A stretch of 64,000 nucleotides of DNA from an uncultured Spirochaetota bacterium (GTDB lineage: Bacteria; Spirochaetota; Spirochaetia; SZUA-6; Fen-1364): NCBI GenBank assembly GCA_963745235.1, contig CAVUXE010000035.1, positions 1-64,000 on the forward strand, given 5' to 3'. The number at the start of each line of letters is the position of its first letter. Within the stretch, counting starts at the first letter, position 1. Below are positions 10,901 to 20,651 of this stretch, piece by piece. Both the position numbers and the translations under genes were made by a program. A model generated the notes under the pieces. That model worked only from the letters and a program-made list of their open reading frames with translations, did not search any database and was not told the origin of the DNA.

Positions 10901-11354
10901 CATCAAGCTCACGCGGAACGGCATCGACTACGACACGTTCCTTTCCTTCTATCCTCGATCCGTCACCCAGACGGCGCAGATGAAGTCCCTGGTCGAGGTT
11001 TCCCGGCGCGTCTCCGCGGTCAGCGCCGCCCTGCTGGTCCGCAAGGCCAGTGGGCACTCCGTCGAGCTGACTGTCGGCTTCAACGAGATGAGCCGCCAGC
11101 GGCTCCACTTCAACCTGGACGATCCCTACTATGAGCAGTTTTTCACAAGCCGAAAGGCCGTGGTCATTGATCGCAACCCGTCGGAAATCGCCCTCTGGAA
11201 GGCGCTGGTAGACCAGGAGGATCTCCGCTATATCAAGAGGATCCTGCTCCTGCCGGCGACTTTCCACGCCCAGGACTCCTACCTCCTGCTGGCTTTTGCC
11301 GCGGACCAGGACCTCATTCTGAAGGCCATCTTCTCCCGGCTCCTGGTGAGGTAA
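7962..11354 (+). CDS. Large membrane protein: 2 TM helices flanking a periplasmic domain, then a long acidic cytoplasmic repeat region
   Basis: Start placed at ATG 7962 (MRQSLKVAISLLVSIVLFAGF), 8 nt after a TATACT box. Second TM is LLLGTFFLTVFLIVYLLI. Contains EEAEAV repeats and a globular C-terminus. Confidence 0.8.
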   Translation: MRQSLKVAISLLVSIVLFAGFCVLAFSGLFDILQANFFLPRVEQGYERQLAILGDRIEKYHAANLERFTTLARKDFVAASFGTNLPADVMRQWADAITLLKVAAVRVLAPDGQRIVFSSLPSDAKDQGPDRFAYRNYGEVEQAVPATAVVLGAGDQPRLFIDGGQGRFLYLVPVYQASEGGAPALFKGTAIFYVDSLDLLKDLQLMPQVPVTSVVLVQNDGVLLNFNAVDPRPVASELAKTWHAHAGGPASFTSPLALTSEAGKNRSFLSFSLRLTQGGVASLLVDASVFEMTDLMKGLLLGTFFLTVFLIVYLLINLRSDPLEVLRQRVKRFQVQLITELVEGPGGTDWSRWRREIESRQGEITWQIQRGIGRVSRRQKPVIEEYLSKSWSEILDLLSRRSESPQAPPVAALDISRLETLIRTALQNATVARGLPARETRPDRPAPVEAAAKATGKAVAVKEVEAVEEAEAVEEAEAVEEAEAVEEAEAVEEAEAVEEAEAVEEAEAVEEAEAVEEAEAVEEAEAVEEAEAVEEAEAVEEAEAVEEAQQAEEAEAVEEAQPAEEAEPEEAAEVEEAEALGEAELAEEAEAVEEAEALGDAELAEEAEAVEEAEAVEEAVAVEDADEAELVEDAEAVPDSDEAGERELSNFETVEEEQSPRAPSIELAPLGALESGRTYGDDPMSAAAASESPLAVEEDGQKAYPIDSPGEILEELEALPDIRPLPLEPYEEGLEFLPAADERESAEQFPGRGIQLSSTEGDEPGHGDGPDLRRLEELSEVEELSDAEGLSEAEDTADAEELSAFDETQLEETSIEHFSGAQPESALEDLGELEALDEAAGAQKVQELTREDRETELTKLLASGVVKSWTIGEMLRVVEESRSAIVMEDGVFRIKEEVYEAGAPGEEKPRESTRGGGLREIAQEVVAHASQPASGPEDSFSGIGDLIGGAAVFDIPGGVPRSENESKEDALPGGQEKTSPIKLTRNGIDYDTFLSFYPRSVTQTAQMKSLVEVSRRVSAVSAALLVRKASGHSVELTVGFNEMSRQRLHFNLDDPYYEQFFTSRKAVVIDRNPSEIALWKALVDQEDLRYIKRILLLPATFHAQDSYLLLAFAADQDLILKAIFSRLLVR
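9348..9830 (+). repeat. 18-bp coding tandem repeat (EEAEAV)n
   Basis: Nine near-identical GAGGCTGARGCAGTAGAA units at 9438-9599, flanked by degenerate units. Confidence 0.95.
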
Positions 11355-11433
11355 GACCGGTTGTCCGCCGTGTGTCACAACGACACAGGGAGGGTAGCAA
11401 TTCGGTCACCAGGGGCTCCGTTTCCCGTTACCC

Positions 11434-11462
11434 TTGACAAACCAACCAATCTGACTTAAGCT
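11434..11462 (+). promoter_or_regulatory. sigma70-type promoter for rny
   Basis: TTGACA-17 bp-TAAGCT. Confidence 0.7.
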
Positions 11463-11496
11463 TTTATTTACTTAGTGCACGCGGGTGGAGGAAGAA

Positions 11497-13028
11497 ATGA
11501 GCACACTGGCGTACTTCATTCTTCCTCTCGCCGGTTTATTTCTAGGTTGGCTAATTCGATGGCTTTACGCACGTTTTCAGCTTTCATCGGCAGAGCAAAA
11601 GGCCGCACGGATTGTCAGCGAGGCCCTGAGAGAGGCGGAAGCGAAGAAGAAAGAGGCGATACTTGAGAGCAAGGACCAGCTGCTGCGGGAACGCAACCAG
11701 CTGGAAAAGGAGACGCGGGAGCGCAGGATCGAGCTCCAGCGCGTTGAAAGGCGCCTCCTTCAGAAGGAAGAAAACCTAGAAAAGCGCGTTGAATCCCTTG
11801 AGAAGCAGGAGAGGGCGGTCAGCAACCGGGAGAGGGCAGCCGCTGAGAAAGAAGCGGCACTGCAGACAGGAAGGCGAGCGGATAGCCGCTGAGCTGGAAA
11901 GGGTATCGGGCCTCACGCAGGGCGGAGGCCAAGAAGCTTCTCGTGCAGAGCCTCGAGAACGAGGCGCGCCACGACGCTCAGGTGACGATCAACCTCATCG
12001 AGCAGGAGGCGAGGCTCGCCGCGGACAAGAAGGCGCGCGACATCCTGATCACGACCATCCAGCGGCTGGCAACTGACGTCGCCTCCGAGGTGACCGTGAC
12101 CACCGTGAGCCTTCCCAACGACGAGATGAAGGGCCGCATCATCGGCCGCGAAGGCCGGAACATCCGCACCCTGGAGACCCTGACGGGTGTCGACATCATC
12201 ATCGACGACACCCCGGAGGCCGTGGTCATTTCGTGTTTCGATCCCATCCGGCGGGAGATCGCCAAGACGGCCCTCAGCCGGCTGATTTCCGACGGACGGA
12301 TCCATCCGGCGCGCATCGAGGAGATCGTCCAGAAGGTCAGCAAGGAGATCGCCCAGACCATCTACGAGGAAGGGGAGCGCGTCCTCTTCGAGGTCGGAAT
12401 CCATACGATGAGCCCCGAGGCCATCCGGACCCTCGGGCGGCTGCACTACCGCACCAGCTACGGGCAGAACGTGCTGGCGCACTCGAAAGAGGTCGCGCTG
12501 CTCGCCGGCATGATCGCCGCTGAAGTGGGGGGGAACGTGGATCTCGCAAAGCGAGCGGCGCTCCTGCACGACATCGGCAAGGGGGTGGAGGCGGACGGGG
12601 ACGGCAACCACATCGAGGTAGGCATGGACCTGGCGCGCAAGCTTGGGGAGGACCCGCGCGTCCTCAACGCAATCGGCGCGCACCACGGAGACGTGGAGCC
12701 GGAGAGCGTCGAGGCGGTCATCGTGCAGATCGCAGACGCCATCTCCGCGGCGCGGCCCGGCGCCCGCAAGGAAACGCTGGACAACTACCTCAAGCGGCTG
12801 GAGAACCTCGAGTCGATTGCGGAGGATTTCGATGGCGTGGACAAGGCATATGCCATCCAGGCGGGGCGGGAGCTGCGCATCCTCGTGAACAACGAGAAGG
12901 TCACGGACGAGGCAGCCAAGGAGCTTGCCAAGGGCATTGCCAAGCGCATCGAGAGCGAGCTGAAGTACCCGGGCAGGATCAAGGTCACGATCATCCGGGA
13001 GATGCGCGTCGTCGAGTACGCGCGCTGA
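11497..13028 (+). CDS. rny: Ribonuclease Y (apparent frameshifts near 11870 and 11920)
   Basis: N-terminal TM and coiled coil; KH domain ([17 protein letters not shown]); HD domain (LLHDIGK); [10 protein letters not shown]. Confidence 0.95.
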
Positions 13029-13164
13029 TTGCGAGGCGGGAATGGTTCGGGCATGGCACGACTGATTCCTGCGGACGCGACTACGGCGTACGCCGTACTC
13101 GGCGAGCGTGTACTCACGCACTCGCTGAACGGGGACTCCCGTACCGGATACCGCGCCGCGCGCG

Positions 13165-13986
13165 GTGTGCTCTAGAGTGGGTGCAAACCTGAGGGTCCTC
13201 GTCGTGGGAGACGTCGTCGGTCAGCCCGGATGCAGGGCCCTTTTTGTCGGACTTCCCGAGCTGGTTCGCAGGCTCGGGGCGGACCTCGTGATTGCCAACG
13301 GGGAGAACGCCGCTGACGGGTTCGGGCTGACGCCGGATATCGCGGAGCGCATGTTCAAGTCCGGTGTCCACGTCATCACGTCCGGCAACCACATCTGGCA
13401 GAAGCGGGAGATATTCCCTGTCCTGAAAACCAACGACGTTCTCCTGCGTCCCGAGAACTATCCGGTCCTGCCCGGCGCTGATGCCATCCCGGGCAAGGGA
13501 CACTGCATCGTCATGGCGCGCGACCTTCCCGTGCTCGTTGTGAACCTGGAGGGACGGGTCAACCTGTCCCCTCTCCGTGATCCGCTCCTGGTGGGCAAGT
13601 CCCTCCTGAAGCAGTTTCGAGGCAAGACGCGCCTCTCCATCGTGGATTTCCATGCGGAGTCGGTGGACGAGAAGGAGGCGCTGGGCCTCTACCTGGACGG
13701 GGAGGCCTCCGCGGTGGTCGGGACGCACACCCACGTGCAGACCGCTGACGAGAGGATCCTTTCCGGGGGGACCGCGTATATCACCGACATCGGCATGAGC
13801 GGTCCAACGGACAGCGTCATTGGCATGAAAAAGGAAACGGCCGTGGCCCGCAGCCTCACGCAGATGCCGCTCAAGATGGAAGTGCAGAACTCCGCCGCGG
13901 AAATAACGGGGGTGCTGATCGAGCTGGACCCGTCGAGCGGAAAAGCGGTGAGCATAGAAAGAGTGCGCCAGCTCTCCGCCGTCTGA
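13165..13986 (+). CDS. YmdB-like metallophosphoesterase (TIGR00282 type)
   Basis: GDVVG.PG, ANGENAA, TSGNHIW, VDFHAE, GTHTHVQTADE and TDIGMSGP motifs; follows rny; start could be 13177. Confidence 0.93.
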   Translation: MCSRVGANLRVLVVGDVVGQPGCRALFVGLPELVRRLGADLVIANGENAADGFGLTPDIAERMFKSGVHVITSGNHIWQKREIFPVLKTNDVLLRPENYPVLPGADAIPGKGHCIVMARDLPVLVVNLEGRVNLSPLRDPLLVGKSLLKQFRGKTRLSIVDFHAESVDEKEALGLYLDGEASAVVGTHTHVQTADERILSGGTAYITDIGMSGPTDSVIGMKKETAVARSLTQMPLKMEVQNSAAEITGVLIELDPSSGKAVSIERVRQLSAV

Positions 13987-13987
13987 G

Positions 13988-14785
13988 ATGCCTTCCCGAC
14001 GCGTCCCTCTCATCGACCTTCTCAAAGGTTCATATCCCGAGAAGCCCGAAAGTGAGCTTTTTGCCCTGGTCCTTCGCGGGGACGTCAGCGTCGACGGCGA
14101 GCGGGTGGAAAAACCCGGTACGCGTGTGGACCCCACCTGCCGGATCAGCCTGCGGCAGAAATCACCCTATGTCTCACGAGGCGGGGAGAAGCTGGCTCAC
14201 GCCCTGGAGGCATGGCAGATCGAGTGCAAGGACACGGTCTGGCTGGATGCTGGCTGTTCGACGGGAGGGTTTACCGATTGCCTCCTGTCTCACGGGGCCT
14301 CCCTCGTCCATGCGGTGGATGTCGGCGTCAACCAGCTGGACTGGAGACTCCGGCAGGATCCGCGCGTGCGCGTGATGGAAGGCACAAACGTCATGCACCT
14401 TCGGCCCGGTGACCTGGACCCGGCCCCGTACAGCGTTGCAGCGGATCTTTCGTTCCGTTCCCTTCGCCGCGCCGCCGCGCAGCTGCTGTCCCTTGCCCGG
14501 GAAGCATGGGGCATTTTCCTGGTCAAGCCGCAGTTCGAATGGACATCTCCGTCCAGCGAGTTTCGTGGCGTGGTCCGGGATCCTGGCACCGTCCTGGCGA
14601 TAGCCGAAGACCTTCTCCACGGGCTCGCAGCGGAGGATGTCAGCGTGGAAAAGGCGCTCCTCTCTCCCATTCGGGGAAGGAAAGGAAACAGGGAGCTCCT
14701 GTTTCTCCTGCGGGCTGGAAAGGGGGGCGCACGTGAGGTCTCCCCTCGCGTGCTGCAGAGGATCATCACGGAAGGCTGGGTCTAG
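13988..14785 (+). CDS. tlyA: TlyA-family rRNA methyltransferase
   Basis: S4 domain plus YVSRGGEKL, LDAGCSTGGFTDCLL, LVKPQFE and SPIRGRKGNRE motifs. Confidence 0.93.
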   Translation: MPSRRVPLIDLLKGSYPEKPESELFALVLRGDVSVDGERVEKPGTRVDPTCRISLRQKSPYVSRGGEKLAHALEAWQIECKDTVWLDAGCSTGGFTDCLLSHGASLVHAVDVGVNQLDWRLRQDPRVRVMEGTNVMHLRPGDLDPAPYSVAADLSFRSLRRAAAQLLSLAREAWGIFLVKPQFEWTSPSSEFRGVVRDPGTVLAIAEDLLHGLAAEDVSVEKALLSPIRGRKGNRELLFLLRAGKGGAREVSPRVLQRIITEGWV

Positions 14786-15567
14786 AATGAGCTCCTGGAA
14801 AGGGGCTCGTTGATCTTCACGCCTTCGGTGCCGAGATAGTCGACCTTTTTCCCTTCGATCAGGAACTGGACCTTCTTCACCGTCGGGAACTCGGTGGCGG
14901 CGTACACCACCTGGCGAAGCTGCGCTTTCATGCCATCGACGCCAAGCGTGTTGAATCGGAAGCTCTCGCTGAAATCCAGGTAGGCGATGTCATCCTTGAC
15001 GGTGACTCCGCGAAGCAGCGTCCCCGTGGGGATCATGGTGAGAAGCCCGAGGTTGATCTCCTGCGATGTCGGGCCTTTGAGGAGCGTCTCCAGCGCGTCC
15101 TTCAGCGGCGAGTCGCTCTGGGGGATGGGACGAATGACCCCTTTCATGAGGATGTTCCCGTTCTGGTCCACCGATAGGAAGAAAAGCCGGGTCTTCCTCA
15201 GGATCGGCCTTTCCGGGGTCTGCGCGGGAGCGGCCGGCCGGGTCACTGTCACCACGCGGTCTGGGGACGCGGCGGGCGGCTTGCCAGGGGGCTGCGCGGC
15301 CGGCGCGTTTGGCGGCTGACTCCCGGTGTCCGTGGCCGGAGGGACGCTCGTCTCGGGAAGCTGACGCATCGTGACTTTCGGGGCGGAGGTGGCCGCGCCA
15401 GGCTTGCCGCCGCCTCCCGCCAGGCGGCTGAAGGTGTCCGCCAACTGCGCGCGCGTTGCATACCCGACGGCGACGATGACGGCGATAAGGCAGAGCCAGA
15501 AGAGGCACCCGATGCTGCGGCTGCGAAGTGATGAGGAGCGAGCGCGCGAAGTTCTCTTCTGTGCCAT
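14782..15567 (-). CDS. GerMN-domain membrane-anchored protein
   Basis: N-terminal TM, Pro-rich linker, ALETLLKGPT...AYLDFS...QVVYAATEFPTVKKVQFLIEG. Confidence 0.85.
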   Translation of the reverse strand: MAQKRTSRARSSSLRSRSIGCLFWLCLIAVIVAVGYATRAQLADTFSRLAGGGGKPGAATSAPKVTMRQLPETSVPPATDTGSQPPNAPAAQPPGKPPAASPDRVVTVTRPAAPAQTPERPILRKTRLFFLSVDQNGNILMKGVIRPIPQSDSPLKDALETLLKGPTSQEINLGLLTMIPTGTLLRGVTVKDDIAYLDFSESFRFNTLGVDGMKAQLRQVVYAATEFPTVKKVQFLIEGKKVDYLGTEGVKINEPLSRSSF

Positions 15568-15595
15568 TTTTGCCTTCCCTTTATGATCGGTTTGT

Positions 15596-15624
15596 TTGAC
15601 AGGCCCATTGAATACCGCTATACT
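15596..15624 (+). promoter_or_regulatory. sigma70 promoter for ptsI (probably leaderless)
   Basis: TTGACA-17-TATACT, with ATG 8 nt downstream and no SD sequence. Confidence 0.75.
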
Positions 15625-15632
15625 CTCGCCGC

Positions 15633-17355
15633 ATGATGGAGTTCGCGGGGATCAGCGCTTCACCCGGCATCGCCCGGGGCAGGGCGTTCCTGTTCCTTGA
15701 CGACAAGCCCACGGTACCTCGGCACCACATCGAAGCTTCGCAGGTCGAATTCGAGTATGGAAGGTTCCTCACGGCGCTCGGGAAAGCGTCTGACGAGGTG
15801 AAGGGCCTGGCTCGGGGACGCAACGCGAAGCTCTTCGATGCTCAGATACTCATGTTCGATGACCCGGAGCTCAAAAGCAGCGTTCACGCCGCCCTGGAAG
15901 ACACGCAGCGCAACGTGGAGTGGGTGCTGCTCCAGATCATCGAGGAAATGTCCAAGAAGATGGAAGAGGCGGACAGCCAGTACCTGCGGGAACGGACGGT
16001 GGATTTCAGCGATGCCGGCAACCGGATACTGGGACACCTTCTCTTTCGACCCAAGGCGCGTCTTTCAGACGTCAAGAGCGAAGTCATCCTGGTCACGCAC
16101 AACCTGATGCCCTCCGACACCCTGGGGCTGGACCGGAGGCTCGTGCTCGGAATTGCCGCTGATGTCGGCGGAAAGACCTCCCACACGGCCATCCTGGCGC
16201 GGGCCAGTGAGATCCCGGCCGTGCTCGGGCTTTCCGACATCAGCCGCCACGTGAAATCCGGGGACGAGGTGATCGTGGACGGCAACCGAGGGACCGTCAT
16301 CGTGGAACCGGACGAGCTGACACGGGACCTCTACGATGAGCGCAGAAAGGAATGGGAGCGCAGGTACGTCATTCTGAAGGAGCTGCGCGAGCTCCCGGCG
16401 GAGACCATGGACGGGAAGCTCGTCTCAACGGAGGCGAACATCGAGATCCCCGAGGAAGTGGATTCGGTCCTGGCCCACGGGGCGGACGGGATCGGGCTGT
16501 TCCGCTCCGAGTTCCTGTTCATCCAGCCGAACCGCTTCCCCTCGGAAGAGGAGCAGTAGCACGCATACACGCTCGGTGCTGAAGGCAATGCGCGGCAGGA
16601 GCGTGACCATCCGGACCCTGGACCTGGGTGGGGACAAGGTGATGCCGGGCTTTTCCCTGGATGCCGACGGCAACCCCCTTCTGGGATGGCGCGCCATCCG
16701 CTTCTGCCTCGCGCGGCCGGAGATCTTCCGCACGCAGCTGCGCGCGCTCCTGCGCTCCTCGGTGCACGGCTGCCTCCGCATCATGTTCCCGCTCATCTCG
16801 GCGGCGGAGGAGCTTTCCCGGATAGCGGAAATCCTTGCCGAGGTGAAGGCGGAGCTGCGCCGGGAGAATGCGCAGTTTCGGGAGGACGTGCCCATCGGGA
16901 TCATGATCGAGGTGCCCTCCGCCGCGCTCACCTCGGATATCCTTGCCGCGCACGCGGACTTCTTCTCCATCGGAACGAACGACCTGATCCAGTACACCCT
17001 TGCCGTGGACCGGGGCAACGAGAAGGTGGCGTACCTGTACGAGCCCTTCCATCCCGGCGTGCTGCGCCTCATCCGCACCACCATCGAAAATGCCCATGCG
17101 AACGGGCTCCCCGTGGGGATGTGCGGCGAGATGGCCGGTGACCCCCTGGCCACGGTCGTCCTGCTCGGGCTCGGCCTGGACAGCTTCTCCATGGGCCCCA
17201 TCGCCATCCCCCTGATCAAGAGGATCATGCGATCGGTGGGAGTCATGGAGGCGGAGGCCTTTGCGCGCAGCCTCGTGCCCATGGGCTCCGCGGCGCAGAT
17301 CGAGCAGGCCGTGCGGAGGTGGATGGAGGAGCGGCTTGACTTCTTCTCCTGGTAG
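15633..17355 (+). CDS. ptsI: PTS enzyme I, PEP-protein phosphotransferase (in-frame TAG plus frameshift near 16557-16570)
   Basis: GISASPGIA, GGKTSHTAILAR (phospho-His), GIGLFRSE, IRTLDLGGDK, FSIGTNDLIQY and CGEMAGDP motifs. Confidence 0.93.
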
Positions 17356-18724
17356 CCCGCGCCGCCCGGGGGCCACCCTGCCTCGCGTGGCCATCCTCGG
17401 CAGGCCCAACGTGGGCAAGTCCACTCTTTTCAACGCCTTGATCGGCAGGCGGAGGTCAATCACGCATTCGCAACCGGGTGTGACGCGGGACCCCGTGGAG
17501 GCCGAGTGCACGCTGGGCGGACTGTCCCTGCTCCTCGTTGACACCGGCGGCTTCGCGCCGAGCGGAGAGGCGATTGACGGCGTGGTGGCGGAGCGGAGCC
17601 TCGCGACCGCGCGCGACTCCGACCTCATCATCCTCGTGCTTGACGCCGCGGAGACGACGCCCGAGGACGAGGAGTTCATGAGCAAGCTGCGACCCTTCGC
17701 GGACAAGCTCCTCCTTGTGGTCAACAAGGTGGACACGCCGGACAGGGACTCCCTGGTATGGAACGCCCACGCCCACGGGTTCCCGCGGGTCATCGGCGTG
17801 TCGGCGGCGCATGGCCGGGAACCTGCCGGAGCTGAAGGAGCTCGATTGCCCTTCTCCTCGAGGAACAGGCGCCTGCGGCCGGGAAAGACAGCGGAAGACG
17901 ACAACGGACGGATGATGATGCCGTTCGGATTGCGATCCTGGGCAAGCCCAACACGGGAAAGTCGAGCCTGGCCAACCGCCTGACCGGCGACGACGGCTCC
18001 ATCGTGTCGGCGGTGCCGGGAACGACACGGGACGTCGTGGAGGGCCGCTTCGAGTACCGCGGCCGCGCCTTCGAGATCCTGGACACGGCGGGCATCCGGC
18101 GCAAGAGCCGGGTGCACGGATGCCGTCGAGTACTACTCGCGTGAACCGCGCCATCGAGAGCATCCAGCGCGCGGACCTGGTCTTCCTGATGATCGACGCC
18201 ACCGAGGGCCTTGTGGACCAGGACAAGAAGATCGCCGGCCAGGCGGTGAAGGAAGGCCGGGGCCTCGTGATCGTGCCGAGCAAGTGGGACCTCCTTGGCA
18301 AGGCGCCCGGCCTGGCGGCCCAGGTCAGTGACCGCGTGCGGTTCCAGTTCCCCGTGCTCGGCTTTGCCCCCATCTCGCCGGTTTCCTCCCTCACCGGGCA
18401 CGGCATCCGCGCCCTCCTGGACACGGCGCTGTCCATGTGGGAGCAGCTCCGCCGACGCGTCGGGACCGGGCGCCTGAACGCCGCCCTGGAGACCTGGACC
18501 GACCACTATCCTCTCCCGGGACGGGGAACGCACAAGATTCGCTTCGTGACACAGGTCGGCTCGAACCCGGTGCGGTTCGTGATCTTCGTCAACAGGGCCA
18601 GCGGTTTTCCCGCCTCATACGTGTCCTACCTGGAGAACTGCATCCGCGGGACCTGGGCTTCCCTCAGGTGCCCGTTACCATCGAGGTTCGCAAGAGCGGG
18701 AAAACTGACACGCGCGGCAGGTGA
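17336..18724 (+). CDS. der: Ribosome biogenesis GTPase Der/EngA (several apparent frameshifts)
   Basis: Two G domains (GRPNVGKST/DTGG/NKVD and GKPNTGKSS/GTTRD/DTAGIRR) and a C-terminal KH-like domain, spread over different frames; TTG start after GGAGGAG. Confidence 0.9.
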
Positions 18725-18730
18725 TGCGGG

Positions 18731-19275
18731 ATGAAATCCTGGAGCATCGGAGAGGTGGCTCGCTTCCTCGGGGTCAAGCCCTACGTCATCCGGTACTGGG
18801 AAAGCGAGCTGCCCCTGCTTTCCCCGCGCAAGGGCTTGTCGGGCCGGCGCGAGTACTCCAGCCGCGAGATCCGGCTCCTCATGAGGTTCCGCTATCTCCT
18901 GCACGAAAAGAAGTTCACGATAGAGGGGGCCAAGCGGCGCATGTGGGAGGAGCTCGGGTCGGGGGAGCAGAACGTGACCGCGCGATTCGACGAGATGCGC
19001 GCTGACCTTGTGGAGGCTCTCATGACGCTTCAGCGCGGCCGGAACGCGGCCGCGGGAACAGCGGCGACTCAAGCGGCAGTTGACGCCGCAGCCGAAGTGG
19101 CGGCCGACGCAGATGCTGATGCGGCAGTTGACGCCGGAGCGGATGCCGCAGCCGATGCAGCGGCCGAAATTGAATCGATCGGGTCTGCCGGACCAGAACC
19201 CGAGGCGCCGCAGTCCGGGGCATCCGGGGCTGCCGGCAGATACGAAATCGTTTCCGGGGGAAAAGCGATGTCTGA
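18731..19275 (+). CDS. MerR-family HTH regulator with an Ala/Asp-rich tail (as sequenced it reads through into the next gene)
   Basis: WSIGEVARFLGVKPYVIRYWESE...GRREYS...LLHEKKFTIEGAK; 3' end uncertain. Confidence 0.8.
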
Positions 19276-20651
19276 GAAGGAGATCAGGGAGGCGTTCGGG
19301 GCGCGCGGTCAGGAGCACCTGTTTGCGCACTGGGACCGTCGTCCGTCGGGGATGAAACAGCGCCTGCTTTCGGACCTCGCGGCCCTGGACCCGGGCAGGC
19401 TGGAGGAGCTGCGGGCTCGGCTGCGCGAACCGGGCAGCTGCCATTCCGGACAACCCAATCCCCGCGCCGTACGTCGAGCTTTCCCGGAGCGCGCCCGACA
19501 CCGCCGCGCGGGAGATCGGAGAGGACCTCATCCGGCGCGGAAAGACCGCCTTTCTCACCGTGGCGGGGGGACAGGGCTCGCGCCTGGGCTTCGACGGCCC
19601 CAAGGGGATGTTCCCCATCAGCCCCCTGCGGAAGCTGACTCTCTTTGCCCTGCACGCGGAGAAGCTGCTTGCGGCGCGCCGGTGGTACGGGGCGGATATG
19701 CCATGGCTCATCATGACAAGCCCGTCCAATCGCCAGGCAACGGAAGAGTATTTCCGGCGGGAGAGCTGGTTCGGCCTTGGCAGCGGCTCGGTCCTTTTCT
19801 TTTCCCAGGGCACCCTTCCTTCCCTCTCTCCGGACGGCGGGCTGTTGATGGCTCCTGACGGAGGATTGTTCGTCAATCCTGACGGCCACGGCGGTGTGAT
19901 CAGCGCCCTGACGGCGTCAGGGGTACTCCCGGAAGCCCGCGACAGGGGAATCGAGGAGCTGTTCTACTTCCAGGTCGACAACCCGCTCGTGCGCGCGCCG
20001 GATCCGCTTTTCCTCGGATTCCATCGGAGAGAAGGCTCCCAGATCTCTGCAAAGGTGATCGAAAAAGCATACGCTGAGGAGAAGTTGGGCGTCATAGCCA
20101 TCGTTGCGGGCAGACCGTGCGTGATCGAGTATTCAGACTTCGACGAGCGGCTCATGGAGGCCAGGGGTCCGGACGGAAAGCTCGCCTTCTCCCAGGGCTC
20201 CATCGCAATCCACGCTCTCAACGTGGATTTCCTCGGCAGCGAGGGCCTGACTCTTCCCCTCCACCTTGCGCGAAAGAAAGTGAAGGCTCTCAAACCGACT
20301 CGCCAGGGAGCCGAAATTGGAGAGGAAGACGCAATCAAGATGGAAAGGTTCATTTTCGACGCGATACCAAGGGCGGCCAGTGCAATCTTCTTCGAGACCG
20401 AGCGGGTGGAGGAGTTCGCGCCGCTCAAGAATCGCGAGGGGCTGGATTCCATTGAGACATGCGTCCGCGGACAGATCGAGAAAGCTGCGCGGTGGCTGTC
20501 CGCGTGCGGCGTGGAGGTGCCCCGGGACGGTGAAGGCAGGTCCGCGCACGCCATCGAGATCAGCGCGCTCTTTGCGCTGGACAGGGAGGTGCTTGCCGCA
20601 AAACGCGGCAGCATCGGGGACAGGATAGATGAAGACACTCTGCTTGCGTAG
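19268..20651 (+). CDS. UDPGP-family nucleotidyltransferase, UDP-N-acetylglucosamine pyrophosphorylase-like (frameshift near 19433)
   Basis: GQEHLF, VAGGQGSRLGFDGPKG, IMTS, NPDGHGG, QVDNPL, EYSD, KMERFIFD and EFAPLKN motifs. Confidence 0.88.

Noticed and set aside
11355-11430. Possible 6S RNA upstream of rny
   Set aside because: The region is too short, with only a small TGTGTC/GACACA hairpin and no long rod with a central bubble.
16555-16575. In-frame TAG in ptsI considered as stop-codon recoding
   Set aside because: It sits next to an indel in a locally error-rich stretch, at a position where an aromatic residue is expected after EEEQ. Other genes use TAG as a normal stop.
19040-19170. Ala/Asp-rich degenerate repeats in the MerR tail
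   Set aside because: Low-complexity linker with no discrete element boundaries.
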